DNA of 64,000 nt from Candidatus Methanomethylicia archaeon (GCA_038727515.1 JAVYVS010000001.1:32001-96000); one strand, 5' to 3'. Counted from the stretch's first letter, positions 9,936 to 21,293 are shown. Notes: a model not told the origin generated them from the letters alone. Numbers and translations: made by a program.

Positions 9936-10736
9936 TTATATTGTCTTATACATTGGAAGACTTAAACATGTTACTCCTCCATCACACTTCCAAAATTCTG
10001 AAATATCAACTTCTATTGGCTTAAAACCTTCTCTTCTAAGTTTTTCTATAGTCTTCTCATATCCAGCTGGGACAATTATCTTACCATCACCAATATAAAG
10101 TACATTACTTGCATATTCCTCTTCTTCAGGAACTATTATCATCTTTAAACCTTCAAAATATCTTAAATCCACTAAACTTGGAGCTATTATAATAGTTTTA
10201 TTTCCAATATAGTTTACTCCTCCAAGTAGATGGAAAGTTTTGTCTATTGGTGTTGCTATAACCAATTCCCTTGGGAATATTTTCATCAATTGTTTTATAC
10301 CTTCAATATTTGTCCTTCTAGATAAACCAACATATATTACTCCTAGATCCGTAATCATTAAATCTCCACCTTCAATTGTTCCAGGAGCTTCAACTCTAAA
10401 TACTTCAAATCCCTTTTCATTTAGGAGTATAGCTATATCCTCTTCCTCCCCCCTCCTACTTACTTCTCCAAAACGAGCTATCAATGCCCTTTTACTCTTT
10501 AATCCAATGAGAGCTGTATCTTGTATAAATACTGAATCTGGGAATTGATCAATTGATTTAAGCTTAATAACTTCTACTCCATTTTCCAATAGTATTTTTA
10601 TGTATTCTTCATGCTGCTTTTTTGCCAAATTTACATCCACAGTAGCTTTTAAAGGATTTCCAGAAACACATTTATTAAATGTTATACTTGGAGGTCTAAC
10701 TATTACGGTATCAAACAATCTATCTGGAAATTTCAT
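9936..10736 (-). CDS. Amidinotransferase family (dimethylargininase/arginine deiminase-like)
   Basis: FPDSVFIQD, EGGD, RTN, FHL, GGVTC. Confidence 0.9.
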   Translation of the reverse strand: MKFPDRLFDTVIVRPPSITFNKCVSGNPLKATVDVNLAKKQHEEYIKILLENGVEVIKLKSIDQFPDSVFIQDTALIGLKSKRALIARFGEVSRRGEEEDIAILLNEKGFEVFRVEAPGTIEGGDLMITDLGVIYVGLSRRTNIEGIKQLMKIFPRELVIATPIDKTFHLLGGVNYIGNKTIIIAPSLVDLRYFEGLKMIIVPEEEEYASNVLYIGDGKIIVPAGYEKTIEKLRREGFKPIEVDISEFWKCDGGVTCLSLPMYKTI

Positions 10737-10808
10737 GTGTAAATATAAGTATTATCAGGTTATTTAATTATTATTATTATTATCATCATCATCATCTTAA
10801 TGTATAAG

Positions 10809-10913
10809 TTAATATCGTTTTTACCGTTTTGTCTAGGACTCCTTAATAATATTGTTCCTTTCCTTGAATCCATTTACTCAATTTTCCCTCTATTTTATTG
10901 GATAATACTCAAC
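10809..10913 (-). pseudogene. Decayed N-terminal fragment of an AAA_14-type ATPase
   Basis: With frameshifts reads EYYP/KIEGKLSKWIQGKE/ILLRSPRQNGK/TIL, resembling the Walker A GPRQxGKT. Confidence 0.45.
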
Positions 10914-11033
10914 AAAAAGCAATATGATTTTTAGATTTACTGTTTACTGAAGGTATTAATTGTTATGTTGAATCTCAATTATCTTCATTAATAAATCTTT
11001 TTTAGGTTGATGTTTTGAATATTTTTAGGGTTT

Positions 11034-11975
11034 ATGATTATATTAGCTCATGGAGATTGTGATGGTATTTGTTCTGCATCTATTGTTCTATCTAAATTTA
11101 GGGATTCAAAAGTCTTTTTCACGAATCCTGCTGGTTTACTTAATGATTTAAAGCAGATTAATGGTGAAGATATAATTATTGTAGATATTGCTTTAACTCC
11201 AATGTTTATAAATGATATTTTACATGAGTTTAAGAGGATTTCCTCTAGTAACAAGCTTTTATATTTTGATCATCATCCTCTACCTAAAGGTTTAGATATT
11301 AATTCTATTCCTGCTACATTTACTTCTATAAGTTCTGAAGGCTGTGCTTCAGAGCTTGTTTATAAATATTTTATTGGTGATCCATCTAATGATATGAGTA
11401 GAGTTATGCTTTATGGTTGTATTGGTGATTATCGTGATAATACTCCATTTTCAAAGGAAACTTTAGAATTTTGGGATAAGAGGGAATTATATTTTGAAGC
11501 TGGATTGCTTATAGAGGCTATTGAAGGTTCTGGTAAGAGGAATTATGATTTTAAGAGGGATCTAGTATCATATTTATCTTTCAATAAACTTCCAAGTGCT
11601 AGAGAAGATATTGTTAAATTAGCTATTCAAGAAGCTATTAGAAGTGAAGAAATGAAATTTATTGTTAAATCTAATGTTAAAACTTATGGTGATGTCTCCT
11701 ATGTATTGGATGTTCCATGGTCTCTTGGTAAAGCAGCTATTTATGCTAGAGTTTATGGTAAAACTACAATTGGAGTAGCTGGTGAATGCAGGAGGAATTA
11801 CATTGATATTAGCGTTAGATGTGTTAAATTGAATAATTTAAATGAAATAGTTTCTCTTGCTGCAAGTGATGTTGATGGTATTGGAGGTGGTCATGGTGAT
11901 TCTGCTGGAGCGAGGATACCAATTGATAAATTCATGGATTTCATACATAAGCTTAATCATTATTTGAAGTGTTGA
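11034..11975 (+). CDS. DHH/DHHA1 family phosphoesterase
   Basis: HGDCDG, DHH, GGGH motifs. Confidence 0.9.
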   Translation: MIILAHGDCDGICSASIVLSKFRDSKVFFTNPAGLLNDLKQINGEDIIIVDIALTPMFINDILHEFKRISSSNKLLYFDHHPLPKGLDINSIPATFTSISSEGCASELVYKYFIGDPSNDMSRVMLYGCIGDYRDNTPFSKETLEFWDKRELYFEAGLLIEAIEGSGKRNYDFKRDLVSYLSFNKLPSAREDIVKLAIQEAIRSEEMKFIVKSNVKTYGDVSYVLDVPWSLGKAAIYARVYGKTTIGVAGECRRNYIDISVRCVKLNNLNEIVSLAASDVDGIGGGHGDSAGARIPIDKFMDFIHKLNHYLKC

Positions 11976-12000
11976 TTTACCATTTTATAGGGTTTCATCC

Positions 12001-12669
12001 CTATGCTATTAACATTATAAACCATAGTATTATTGGTATTATTGGAGATTTACCTGTATTCTCATAAATTGTATATGTTATTATTGTGAATATGGTGGAT
12101 GCAATCCCACTATATATATCCCTTTTAGTTATGATATGTGGTAATGCCCAACCAAATATTATGAATATCATTCCAGAATTTAAAATACCTAAATACCATT
12201 TCCATCCCATATTAGCTAGTATATACATATAGTTTACTGATGTTATTTCGTATAGATAGTATAGTATTGTGATTGGATAAAATTTCAAATATTTCATTCC
12301 ACCCCTCATATAATATTTAATATCCAATAATTTTGCAGTGTATCGTTTCCCTTTAATTATATTTGTAAAGTAACATAGAATTATTATGAGAATTGCCCCT
12401 ATAATTAGTAAAGAGATATTCTCTAAATTTACTTTCATTATGGGATTGTAAATTGCATTTTCAATTCCAATTTGAGTTATACTTGATATTAGTATTAGTG
12501 ATCCAACTCCTATACCTGTAAATATGAAGTGTGCAGTAGCATAAAATTCTATACTTCTCGGATTTAGCCTAATGATTTTCATAATTAATAGTCCAATTAT
12601 GTGGGTTAATGTAAATAGTATCCATGTTATTATTGCTCCAAATTCTAGTGGAATGGATGTATTAAACAT
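12001..12669 (-). CDS. Polytopic membrane protein (possibly degenerate CPBP family)
   Basis: About 7 hydrophobic helices; FGWALPH. Confidence 0.55.
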   Translation of the reverse strand: MFNTSIPLEFGAIITWILFTLTHIIGLLIMKIIRLNPRSIEFYATAHFIFTGIGVGSLILISSITQIGIENAIYNPIMKVNLENISLLIIGAILIIILCYFTNIIKGKRYTAKLLDIKYYMRGGMKYLKFYPITILYYLYEITSVNYMYILANMGWKWYLGILNSGMIFIIFGWALPHIITKRDIYSGIASTIFTIITYTIYENTGKSPIIPIILWFIMLIA

Positions 12670-12742
12670 TATGAATTACCTATTTATGATTTATTGTAAG
12701 TGTTTATATTTTGTATTTATTTATAGTTTTGTGTGGTATAAT

Positions 12743-13924
12743 ATGAGTTTTCTTAAATGTGATAAGTGTGGTTCAAATTATAGTTTAGAAGAGGATTTAA
12801 TGTTGTGTAGGAATTGTAATTATCCTTTAATGATTCAGTATGATTTAGATCATATTCATGAGGATTTCGATTTTAAACGTTTGAGTGGTAGAGTTCGTTC
12901 TATTTGGAGGTATTTTGAGTTTCTACCTAGAATTGAAGATAAATTTATTGTGAGTTTAATGGAGGGTTTAACTCCAATATTAGATTCCAATAGGATTATT
13001 GATCTCTTTGGTTTAAGGGGGTTAAAATTTAAATTGGAGTATTTAAATCCAACAGGTTCATTGAAGGATAGAGGTTCAACTCTACTTATTTCATGGGTTA
13101 ATAAGCTTGGTGTTAAATCTATTGCTGATGATTCTTCAGGTAATGCTGGGATATCTCTTTCTGCATATAGTGCTAAAGCCGGTATTAATTGTACAATATA
13201 TGTTCCTGAACATACTCCAATAGATAAGATTATTCAAGCAATATCTTATGGTGCCAAGGTGGTTAGAGTTAGTGGTGGTAGAACTGAAACTTCAAAGGAG
13301 ATTATGAGTCTTTGGAAGATGGGTAAACTATATTATGCTTCACATAATATGAGTCCATTCTTTCTTGATGGTTTTAAAACATTTGCATATGAGGTTATAG
13401 AGCAATTGAATGGTGATCTTCCAGACCACATTATATTCCCCACTGGTGGTGGAAGTTTATTTCTAGGTGCTTATAGAGGTTTTATGGAAGCAAAAGCTAT
13501 TGGATGGATAAATGATATCCCAAAATTACATATTGTTCAACCTGAAGCTTGTAATCCAATTGTTAGAGCATTTGAAAGGAGATTATCATATGTAGAGCCT
13601 ATAGTGGAGGGTGAAACTATTGCTGGTGGATTGAGAATTTCAAATCCACCTAGAGGTGAAAGTATTTTGAAGGCTTTATATGATTGTAAGGGATTTGCAG
13701 TAAGTGTTTCTGAAGGTGAAATTGTAGATGGATATATTAAATTGGCTAAGGAAGGTATATTTGCTGAACCAACTTCAGCTACAGTTATACCAGCATTAAA
13801 AAGGTTATTAGATTTAAATGTGATATGTAAAGATGAAAAGGTTTTACTTCCAATAACTGGATTTGGATTAAAGGATGTTAAAACAGCAGTTAAAATATTT
13901 CATGGTGAATCTCAAATCAAATAA
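12743..13924 (+). CDS. thrC: Threonine synthase-like PLP enzyme
   Basis: N-terminal CxxC..CxxC, EGLTP, NPTGSLKDRG, SSGNAG, PTGGG, EPTSA, TGFGLK; start moved to MSFLKC. Confidence 0.88.
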   Translation: MSFLKCDKCGSNYSLEEDLMLCRNCNYPLMIQYDLDHIHEDFDFKRLSGRVRSIWRYFEFLPRIEDKFIVSLMEGLTPILDSNRIIDLFGLRGLKFKLEYLNPTGSLKDRGSTLLISWVNKLGVKSIADDSSGNAGISLSAYSAKAGINCTIYVPEHTPIDKIIQAISYGAKVVRVSGGRTETSKEIMSLWKMGKLYYASHNMSPFFLDGFKTFAYEVIEQLNGDLPDHIIFPTGGGSLFLGAYRGFMEAKAIGWINDIPKLHIVQPEACNPIVRAFERRLSYVEPIVEGETIAGGLRISNPPRGESILKALYDCKGFAVSVSEGEIVDGYIKLAKEGIFAEPTSATVIPALKRLLDLNVICKDEKVLLPITGFGLKDVKTAVKIFHGESQIK

Positions 13925-13937
13925 TTATCATATACAA

Positions 13938-14885
13938 TTATTTTGAAGCTAAAAGTACAACTCCACTAGGTTTGAATTCACCTCTAATCTTATATCCAGT
14001 TAAATCGGAGAGCTTCATTGCGAAATCCCTTATATCCTCCATATATGGCATTGCATCCCTTGAAAGCCTCTTCCTACTTTCACCAACCCATTCATATGCT
14101 TTAACTTCAACAAAATCTGGTTCTGCTTTGTAAATCATCTTTACATATTCCTCATGTTTAATCATATTCCAACCCTTAATCATTGTAAGTCTAAAAACTT
14201 TCCTTGTATCTAAACTTGGAAATAATTCCAATGTTTTAATTAATTTACTCCATCCATCTTTAAATAGTGGTCTCATCAATTTTAGATAGATCTCTTCATT
14301 TGGAGCTGAAATACTCACATATAATTGAAATGGTAGTGGATCCATTTCCTCTAGAACCTCAGGCATTGTACCATTTGTTACTAGAAAGGTTATCATACCC
14401 CTCTTTCTAGCTTCACTAATTAATTCTGATATTTTTGGATATAATGTTGGTTCACCAGTTAAACTCATGGTCATCATTGTAGGTCTCAAAGCTTCTTCAA
14501 ATTTCAATCTATCTATACTTTGATCACCTTTAAATCCAAATAATAATTCCTTCCTCCTCTGTATAGCATCCTCTATAATTACATCTGGTTCATCTACCTC
14601 CCTTAAATCCAATGGGTATTCTCTCCATAGTAATCCAGGTCTATCTCCAGAATGCATCCTCCAACAATATAAACAATGGCAATTACATCCAATATATGGA
14701 GTCATCTCCATACATCTATGGCTTTGAACCGGTGGATACCATAATTCTTTATAGCAAACTCTATTATTCCTTAAACTTTCTTTAGTCCAATGGCAAATTT
14801 TAACAGCACTATGCTTATACTTTCCAAGTAGTCTATAACCTTGAGCATAATATGCTTCTTCTACTTTAGATGGTAGGGCGCTCAT
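13938..14885 (-). CDS. taw1: 4-demethylwyosine synthase (radical SAM)
   Basis: HSAVKICHWT, CYK, SHRC, CxxxCxxC, SLTGEPTLYP, EVKAY. Confidence 0.95.
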   Translation of the reverse strand: MSALPSKVEEAYYAQGYRLLGKYKHSAVKICHWTKESLRNNRVCYKELWYPPVQSHRCMEMTPYIGCNCHCLYCWRMHSGDRPGLLWREYPLDLREVDEPDVIIEDAIQRRKELLFGFKGDQSIDRLKFEEALRPTMMTMSLTGEPTLYPKISELISEARKRGMITFLVTNGTMPEVLEEMDPLPFQLYVSISAPNEEIYLKLMRPLFKDGWSKLIKTLELFPSLDTRKVFRLTMIKGWNMIKHEEYVKMIYKAEPDFVEVKAYEWVGESRKRLSRDAMPYMEDIRDFAMKLSDLTGYKIRGEFKPSGVVLLASK

Positions 14886-15011
14886 AAATCTACTTTAAAA
14901 TTTGAATTTTCATTAATAAATCTTTAATCATGAATTAAATATTCACCTCATAGGCTTCAATTCATTGAAAAATTTGAAATACTTACTTCAATATTAAATT
15001 TTGGTGTTTAA

Positions 15012-15578
15012 ATGAAGTTTCAATTCCCAAATAATCTTATTATTGAGGTTTTAGAGGGGGATATAACTGAAGTTGAAGCGGATGCTATTGTTAATGCTGC
15101 TAATCGTTATCTTAAACATGATGGTGGAGTTGCTGGAGCCATTGTCAGGAAGGGTGGAATTCAAATTCAAATTGAAAGTGATGAATATATTAAGAGACAT
15201 GGTCCTCTACCAGTGGGTGGTGTAGCAGTTACTAGAGCTGGTAAATTAAAGGCTAAATATATTATTCATGTTGTTGGCCCTGTTTATGGTGAAGAAAATT
15301 CTGATTTAAAACTTTCAGAAGCCATTAGAAATTCCATATTGAAGGCTGAAGAACTTAATTTAGAAAGTATTGCTATTCCAGCAATATCTACTGGAGCCTT
15401 TGGATATCCATTAAACATATGCGCTGAAATAATGGCTAAAACAATCATCAATTTAGCTAATAAATTAAATAATTTGAGGAAGATAATGGTTGTTTTATAT
15501 GGAGAGCAATCATATAAGATATTTGAAGAAACATTTAAGAGAATTTTCAAAGATGTATTTCATTCAAACAATTTTTAA
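15012..15578 (+). CDS. Macro domain ADP-ribose-binding protein/hydrolase
   Basis: GDIT, AIVNAAN, GGVAGAI, HVVGP, PAISTGAFG. Confidence 0.95.
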   Translation: MKFQFPNNLIIEVLEGDITEVEADAIVNAANRYLKHDGGVAGAIVRKGGIQIQIESDEYIKRHGPLPVGGVAVTRAGKLKAKYIIHVVGPVYGEENSDLKLSEAIRNSILKAEELNLESIAIPAISTGAFGYPLNICAEIMAKTIINLANKLNNLRKIMVVLYGEQSYKIFEETFKRIFKDVFHSNNF

Positions 15579-15614
15579 AGTACTTTGTTCTATAAAACAA
15601 TTTATTTATAACTA

Positions 15615-16250
15615 TTAAAAATCACTTAATTTTTGACTTGGAGTTTCACTTAAATATGAGATATCATTATGTTTTACGAGTATAAACTTATTATCTTTAT
15701 ATTCAAATATTGTTATTCCTCCACAATCAATCCTTATATTCCAAAATTTTGAATTATCTAAACCTAAAAGCATACATATCATAACTTTAAGTACAACTCT
15801 ATGAGATACTATTGCAATATTTCCCTCGATTCCTCTAACTATTTTACCTATAAATCTCATTAATCTACTTCTAACATCCTCTAAACTTTCACCATTTGGG
15901 AATTTCACTAAATGTGGATTATTAATCCATTCTTCATATAATTCTCCATAAATTTCTTTTACTTCATCTTCTGATTTACCCTCCCAAGAGCCATAATTGA
16001 TATCTATTAAATCATCATCAACAATTATTTCCACAGGTTTATCATGATATTCCACAATATATTCAGCAGTTTCAAGAGCACGTTTCAAAGGGCTTGAATA
16101 TACTACGTTGATATCTATATCCCTCAAATATTTACCTAGCAATTCAGCTTGCTTCCTCCCTATTTTACTTAATGGGATATCTTTCCTACCTCTAAAAACT
16201 CTCTCCACATTCCACTCTGTTTCTCCATGTCTAATTAAAAGTATTTTCAT
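15615..16250 (-). CDS. Histidine phosphatase (PhoE/CobC-like)
   Basis: RHGET, SSPLKRA, GES, VSH. Confidence 0.92.
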   Translation of the reverse strand: MKILLIRHGETEWNVERVFRGRKDIPLSKIGRKQAELLGKYLRDIDINVVYSSPLKRALETAEYIVEYHDKPVEIIVDDDLIDINYGSWEGKSEDEVKEIYGELYEEWINNPHLVKFPNGESLEDVRSRLMRFIGKIVRGIEGNIAIVSHRVVLKVMICMLLGLDNSKFWNIRIDCGGITIFEYKDNKFILVKHNDISYLSETPSQKLSDF

Positions 16251-16368
16251 ATAAATCAATATATGGTATTTCAAAATTATATTTAATTAATATTGTTTTT
16301 AACAGATTTTTCATGTAAAGTTAAGATTAATTATCTTGTTAATTGTAATTTATTTTGAAGATTAATTT

Positions 16369-17403
16369 ATGAAGTGTCGTTTAATTGAACAGGGTTTTAA
16401 ACCTGGGAGTTGTTTAACCTTCTATAATGGTGAGTGGAAACCTGCTTGTGAAGTTACTTTGAAATGGAAGGATAATACACCTTACAGATTAATTTATTCT
16501 TATGCTCATAAAGCTCCTGAACAATATCTTTCAATATATCAATCTGGATGTAATTGGAGTTGTAAGAAGTGTCATTCTTGGAGATTTACCCGTTATGCAA
16601 CTGGAAAATGGATGTCTCCTAAGCATATTGCTAAAATTTCCATGGAATATTATGAGAAAAATAGAGATAATTTATATAAGGAGCCTAAAGATCATGTGAC
16701 TAGTTGGCATGCTCATGAATTATGTCGTGGTTGTGGTTCATGCATACTTTATGGGAGAAGATCTAAATACTGCCCTGGGAAATTAAGTTTAGATAAATTA
16801 ACTTTACTTGATGATTTTACTTGGGGTCCAGCTAGAAATATAATTTCATTTACTGGTGGAGATATTGCATGTCAACCAGAATTTTATGCTCAATCCGCCA
16901 TGGAAATTAAGAATATGGGTTTAGATCTATGGGTTTTATTTGAAACTAATGGTTATGGTTTAACACCAGAAAATCTAGATTTATTTAAAGAAGCTGGAAT
17001 TGATTCCTTTTGGCTTGATATTAAAGCTTATGATAATGATGTTCATCGTAGATTAACTGGTGCTTCCAATGAATGGATTTTAAAATTGCCAGCTGAAATA
17101 ATTGATAGGGGATTTACCATTGAAGTTTCAACAGTTTATATTCCAGGATGGGTTGAAGGAGATCAAATACATGAAATAGCAAAACTTTTAGCTCAAGTTG
17201 ATAGTGACATACCATATGCAATAATCGCTTTTATACCTGAATATCAATTGAAGAGTATACCATCACCAACATATCAACAAATGATTGAAGCTTTTGAATT
17301 AGCGAGGGATGCTGGTTTGAGGAATGTTAGACTTGGAAATGTAGGACTCTTTATAAAATCAATGGATGAATATGAAGAGTTGATTAGAATGAGAGCTATT
17401 TAA
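16369..17403 (+). CDS. Radical SAM protein (PFL-activase-like) with an extra Cys cluster
   Basis: GCNWSCKKC, extra CxxCxxC...C, FTGGD, ETNG, DIKA. Confidence 0.85.
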   Translation: MKCRLIEQGFKPGSCLTFYNGEWKPACEVTLKWKDNTPYRLIYSYAHKAPEQYLSIYQSGCNWSCKKCHSWRFTRYATGKWMSPKHIAKISMEYYEKNRDNLYKEPKDHVTSWHAHELCRGCGSCILYGRRSKYCPGKLSLDKLTLLDDFTWGPARNIISFTGGDIACQPEFYAQSAMEIKNMGLDLWVLFETNGYGLTPENLDLFKEAGIDSFWLDIKAYDNDVHRRLTGASNEWILKLPAEIIDRGFTIEVSTVYIPGWVEGDQIHEIAKLLAQVDSDIPYAIIAFIPEYQLKSIPSPTYQQMIEAFELARDAGLRNVRLGNVGLFIKSMDEYEELIRMRAI

Positions 17404-17468
17404 ATCTTAATAATTCATTTATAGACATAGTTTTAATATGTTTGTATGTATTGATTGTTTAGATTTAT

Positions 17469-18479
17469 ATGGTTGTAGTTCAACCCTTCCATAATATTCC
17501 AAGTATTCCCACCTATAAACAATTGATGGATATTGCTTTTGGTAGAGCTTCTAGAACTTCTGTTAAACTTCCAGCTGTTAAAGATAAATTGATTATTGCT
17601 AAGATTAAGGAGATTAAGAGGATTGAGGTTAGTTCATCTATAATTATTGATAGATTGAAGAATATTGTTGGGAGTATGCCTAATATTGATTCTCTACACC
17701 CATTTTATAGGGATTTATTTTGTATTATGATTGATAGAGATAGGTATAACTTAGCTTTAAAGAATTTGTCTTGGGCTTTGAATTTCATTGGAAGACTTAG
17801 AAGGAAGTATATTGTTGAGGTTAGAAGAGCTTCAAATCCTAGTGAAGCTTCTCAATCACGTAGAGCTTTTTATGGTAGAGTTAGTTCTATTATTAAGAGT
17901 GTTGGGGGAGATCTTGAATTTCTCTCTAATGTTCATAAACTTAAGAGGCTTCCAGCTTTAGATTTCAATTTTCCAATAATAATTGTTTGTGGTGCACCTA
18001 ATGTTGGTAAATCTTCCTTTGTTAAATGTGTATCTACAGCTGAACCTGAAATTGCTGAATATCCATTTACAACTAAGAATATTATTGTTGGTCATTTAAT
18101 TGGTCCTCATGGTGTTATAGCTCAAATTATTGATACCCCTGGATTACTTGATAGACCTTTAGAGGAAAGGAATAAGATTGAATTACAAGCTATTGCTGCT
18201 TTAAGAAATCTACATGGTGGTATAGTCTTCTTATTTGATCCAACGGAAACATGTGGTTATACCCTTAAATATCAATTTAATGTATTTAAAGGTGTAATGG
18301 ATTTATTTAAAGATAGACCTTTAGTAATTGGATTAACCAAAATAGATTTAGCAACTAAAGAGCAGATTGATAAAGCTATCTCCCTAATTGGTAGTTATAA
18401 GATATATTTATGCAATACCCTACAATGTATTGGTGTAAAAGATATTGTTGAAGAATTGTTGAATCAACTTAAAATTTAA
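17469..18479 (+). CDS. NOG1 family GTPase
   Basis: LHPFY, GAPNVGKSS, YPFTT, DTPGLLDRP, TKID. Confidence 0.95.
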   Translation: MVVVQPFHNIPSIPTYKQLMDIAFGRASRTSVKLPAVKDKLIIAKIKEIKRIEVSSSIIIDRLKNIVGSMPNIDSLHPFYRDLFCIMIDRDRYNLALKNLSWALNFIGRLRRKYIVEVRRASNPSEASQSRRAFYGRVSSIIKSVGGDLEFLSNVHKLKRLPALDFNFPIIIVCGAPNVGKSSFVKCVSTAEPEIAEYPFTTKNIIVGHLIGPHGVIAQIIDTPGLLDRPLEERNKIELQAIAALRNLHGGIVFLFDPTETCGYTLKYQFNVFKGVMDLFKDRPLVIGLTKIDLATKEQIDKAISLIGSYKIYLCNTLQCIGVKDIVEELLNQLKI

Positions 18480-18522
18480 AATTGATTTAAATTAATTTAT
18501 GTGGTAATTATTGGTGTTTCTT

Positions 18523-19584
18523 ATGATTGAAGTTGATGGTAGTATGCTTGAAGGTGGAGGACAAATACTTAGAATGTCTGTGGCATTATCAGCTGTACTT
18601 GGAATTCCAATTAGAGTTTTTAATATTAGAGCTAAGAGAAGTGATCCTGGACTTAAAGCTCAACATATAATTGCAATTAAATCTGTTGCAGATCTTGTTA
18701 ATGCTGAAGTTGAAGGATTAAAATTAAATTCAATGGAAATAACCTTTAAACCTAGAAGTATTAATGGTGGAAATTTTAAGTTTGATATTGGAACAGCTGG
18801 TTCCACAACTCTAGTATTACAAAGTCTCCTACCAGCAGCCGCCTTCTCCAATTCAAAGGTTAATGTTGAACTTATTGGTGGAACTGATAATCCACTAGCT
18901 CCACCAGTAGATTATGTTTTAAATGTTCTTAAACCATTATTGACGAAATTTGATTATAATTTTGATATTGGAGTTCTTAGGAGAGGTTTCTATCCTAGAG
19001 GTGGAGGAATTATTCGAGCATATATAAATCCAGTTTCAAAATTTAAATCTGTAAAACTTGAAGATCAAGGATCCGTGAATATTATTAGGGGAATATCATA
19101 TAGCTCTAGACTTCCAGAACATATTACCCATAGAATGGCTAATAGTGCATCTAAAATCTTGGAGAAACATGGTTTTAATGTTAATATAGAAATTGAAGCT
19201 CTTCAAGCTAATCATCCAAAATGTGCATTTAATCCTGGTTGTGGAATAGTTTTATGGGCTGAAACTAGTACTGGATGTTTACTTGGCTCTAATAGTCTAG
19301 GGGAAATTGGAAAACCAGCTGAAAAAGTTGGTGAAGAAGCTGCAATGAAATTATTAGATGAATTAAATTATGGTGGAACTGTAGATTCACATGCTGCAGA
19401 TCAATTGATAGTATATATGGCTTTGGCTGAAGGTAAATCCATTATAAAAACCAGTAATTTAACTATGCATACATTAACATGTATCGAATTAGCTAAAAAG
19501 TTTCTACCAGATGTTTCCTTTGAAGTATATAAGGGTAAACCAACAATAATAGAATGTATTGGAGTTGGTTTTAGAAGATCATGA
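18523..19584 (+). CDS. rtcA: RNA 3'-terminal phosphate cyclase
   Basis: EGGGQILR, PGLKAQH, GTAGS, GFYPRGGG, DSHAADQ. Confidence 0.96.
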   Translation: MIEVDGSMLEGGGQILRMSVALSAVLGIPIRVFNIRAKRSDPGLKAQHIIAIKSVADLVNAEVEGLKLNSMEITFKPRSINGGNFKFDIGTAGSTTLVLQSLLPAAAFSNSKVNVELIGGTDNPLAPPVDYVLNVLKPLLTKFDYNFDIGVLRRGFYPRGGGIIRAYINPVSKFKSVKLEDQGSVNIIRGISYSSRLPEHITHRMANSASKILEKHGFNVNIEIEALQANHPKCAFNPGCGIVLWAETSTGCLLGSNSLGEIGKPAEKVGEEAAMKLLDELNYGGTVDSHAADQLIVYMALAEGKSIIKTSNLTMHTLTCIELAKKFLPDVSFEVYKGKPTIIECIGVGFRRS

Positions 19585-19630
19585 ACATTTAAATTCACAA
19601 TTAATATATGTTTGTTTAATCTGATTATGA

Positions 19631-20821
19631 TTGTCGATTATGACCTTATATGATTTCGTTATAAATCCAAGTATTAATGTTAGTCCGTATTGCTATTCAA
19701 TTCTACGATTAGATCCATATCAATCTTGTAGTCATAGATGTATATATTGCTTTGGACGTTGGTATAGAACTCCTGAATCTTACGATATTAAACCCATCCC
19801 AAATATAATTGAAAGTTTTAAAAGGATTTTGAAATTCCTAAATAGGAATAATTTAAAGATCATACCATTTAGATTATCTACTTTAATAGATCCATTTCAA
19901 AATATTGAGGAAGATTATAGGGTTAGTAGGAAAATTATTAATTTATGCTTAAACTATGATATTCCACTAATAATAAACACTAAAGCTATACTACCATTGA
20001 AATCTGATTACCTCAATTTATTAGAGAAGCTTAATGAGAAGGGTATAGTTATAGTTCAAATATCTTTTTCCACATTAAATGATGATATTGCAAAAGTTTT
20101 AGAACCCAATACTCCACCAACAATTTCAAGATTAAATATGATTGAGAAACTTTCAAGTGAGAATATTCCAGTAATTGTTAGATTGCAACCATTCATACCT
20201 GGAATAAGTGATTATGAAATTGAAAAATCCATTGAGGAATTTAAGTATGCTGGTGCAAAACAGATTATAGTTGAAGTTTTAAGAGATGAAATTGAAAATT
20301 TAAAGGTGTACATGGAATTGGCATATGATAAATCTATATATGAGAATTTAGATGAATGGTCTTCATATTCACCATCAGTTGAAGTTCCATCAAAAATTGT
20401 TCGTCCAAGCATAAATTGGAAAATTAAAATTTACTCAAAAATAAGGGAATTATGTGTTAAATATGGATTACAATTTTCAACTTGTAAAGAGGGTTTCTAT
20501 GATTATCATACAGCATCTAATTGCTGTGGAATACACTTCATAGATTCATCAAAGTATATTCAAAGACCAACATTATATGAAGCATGGATATACTATAAAA
20601 CTAATAATAAACTTCCAAAATTCAAAGAACTTGTGAATTCTCTAAATGATTCATATATTTTTGGGGATGAAGTAAAGAGATACCCAAAGTTATTGAAGAA
20701 GAAAATTAAATCACATGAGAAAATTTTATGTGAACTTCTCAATGAACGTAGGAATGAATTAATTAATTTACTTCCCACAATCAATATAAATTTAATTAAA
20801 GATTTAATGGAAAAGCTTTAA
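19631..20821 (+). CDS. Radical SAM protein, SplB-like
   Basis: DPYQSCSHRCIYC, DPFQ, LEP, RLQPFIPG. Confidence 0.85.
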   Translation: MSIMTLYDFVINPSINVSPYCYSILRLDPYQSCSHRCIYCFGRWYRTPESYDIKPIPNIIESFKRILKFLNRNNLKIIPFRLSTLIDPFQNIEEDYRVSRKIINLCLNYDIPLIINTKAILPLKSDYLNLLEKLNEKGIVIVQISFSTLNDDIAKVLEPNTPPTISRLNMIEKLSSENIPVIVRLQPFIPGISDYEIEKSIEEFKYAGAKQIIVEVLRDEIENLKVYMELAYDKSIYENLDEWSSYSPSVEVPSKIVRPSINWKIKIYSKIRELCVKYGLQFSTCKEGFYDYHTASNCCGIHFIDSSKYIQRPTLYEAWIYYKTNNKLPKFKELVNSLNDSYIFGDEVKRYPKLLKKKIKSHEKILCELLNERRNELINLLPTININLIKDLMEKL

Positions 20822-20845
20822 AATACTTATTACTATTGTTATTTC

Positions 20846-21283
20846 ATGCCTGAATTTACATTTAAAGGTTCAGCTATATTGAAGGGTGAATTGGAAAGTG
20901 ATTTAATAGTTAGAGGTGTGAAGATAGCTACTGTAAGTCCACCACCAGAATTTGGTGGTAAAGAGAATTTCATGGTTCCAGAGGAAATATTTGCATCTGC
21001 ATTAGCTTCCTGTATGAATACAATCTACACATTAATTGCCAAGAATTCTCAATTACCATTAAAAAACCTTGAGACAACTGCAACAGTTGAAATGAATGTT
21101 GAAGGTATGGAGAAAATAATCTTTAAACATATTCACTTTGATATACTAGTTGAATTAGAGAAGGATACTGATTGGAATCGTAAAAAGGCGAATATAATTT
21201 TAGAAATGGCTAGAGAAGTATGTCCATTAAGACAATCTTGGGGAGATAAAGTTCCAATAACCTTTAATATATCATTTAAATAA
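20846..21283 (+). CDS. OsmC/Ohr family protein
   Basis: PPEFGG, PEE...LASC, CP motif. Confidence 0.9.
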   Translation: MPEFTFKGSAILKGELESDLIVRGVKIATVSPPPEFGGKENFMVPEEIFASALASCMNTIYTLIAKNSQLPLKNLETTATVEMNVEGMEKIIFKHIHFDILVELEKDTDWNRKKANIILEMAREVCPLRQSWGDKVPITFNISFK

Positions 21284-21293
21284 TGGTGAAATT

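Noticed and set aside
10768-10796. (TTA)n(TCA)n microsatellite
   Set aside because: It is short, intergenic and unremarkable in an AT-rich genome.
12572-12742. Long N-terminus of the threonine synthase ORF
   Set aside because: It overlaps the divergent gene; the family begins at the zinc-ribbon Met at 12743.
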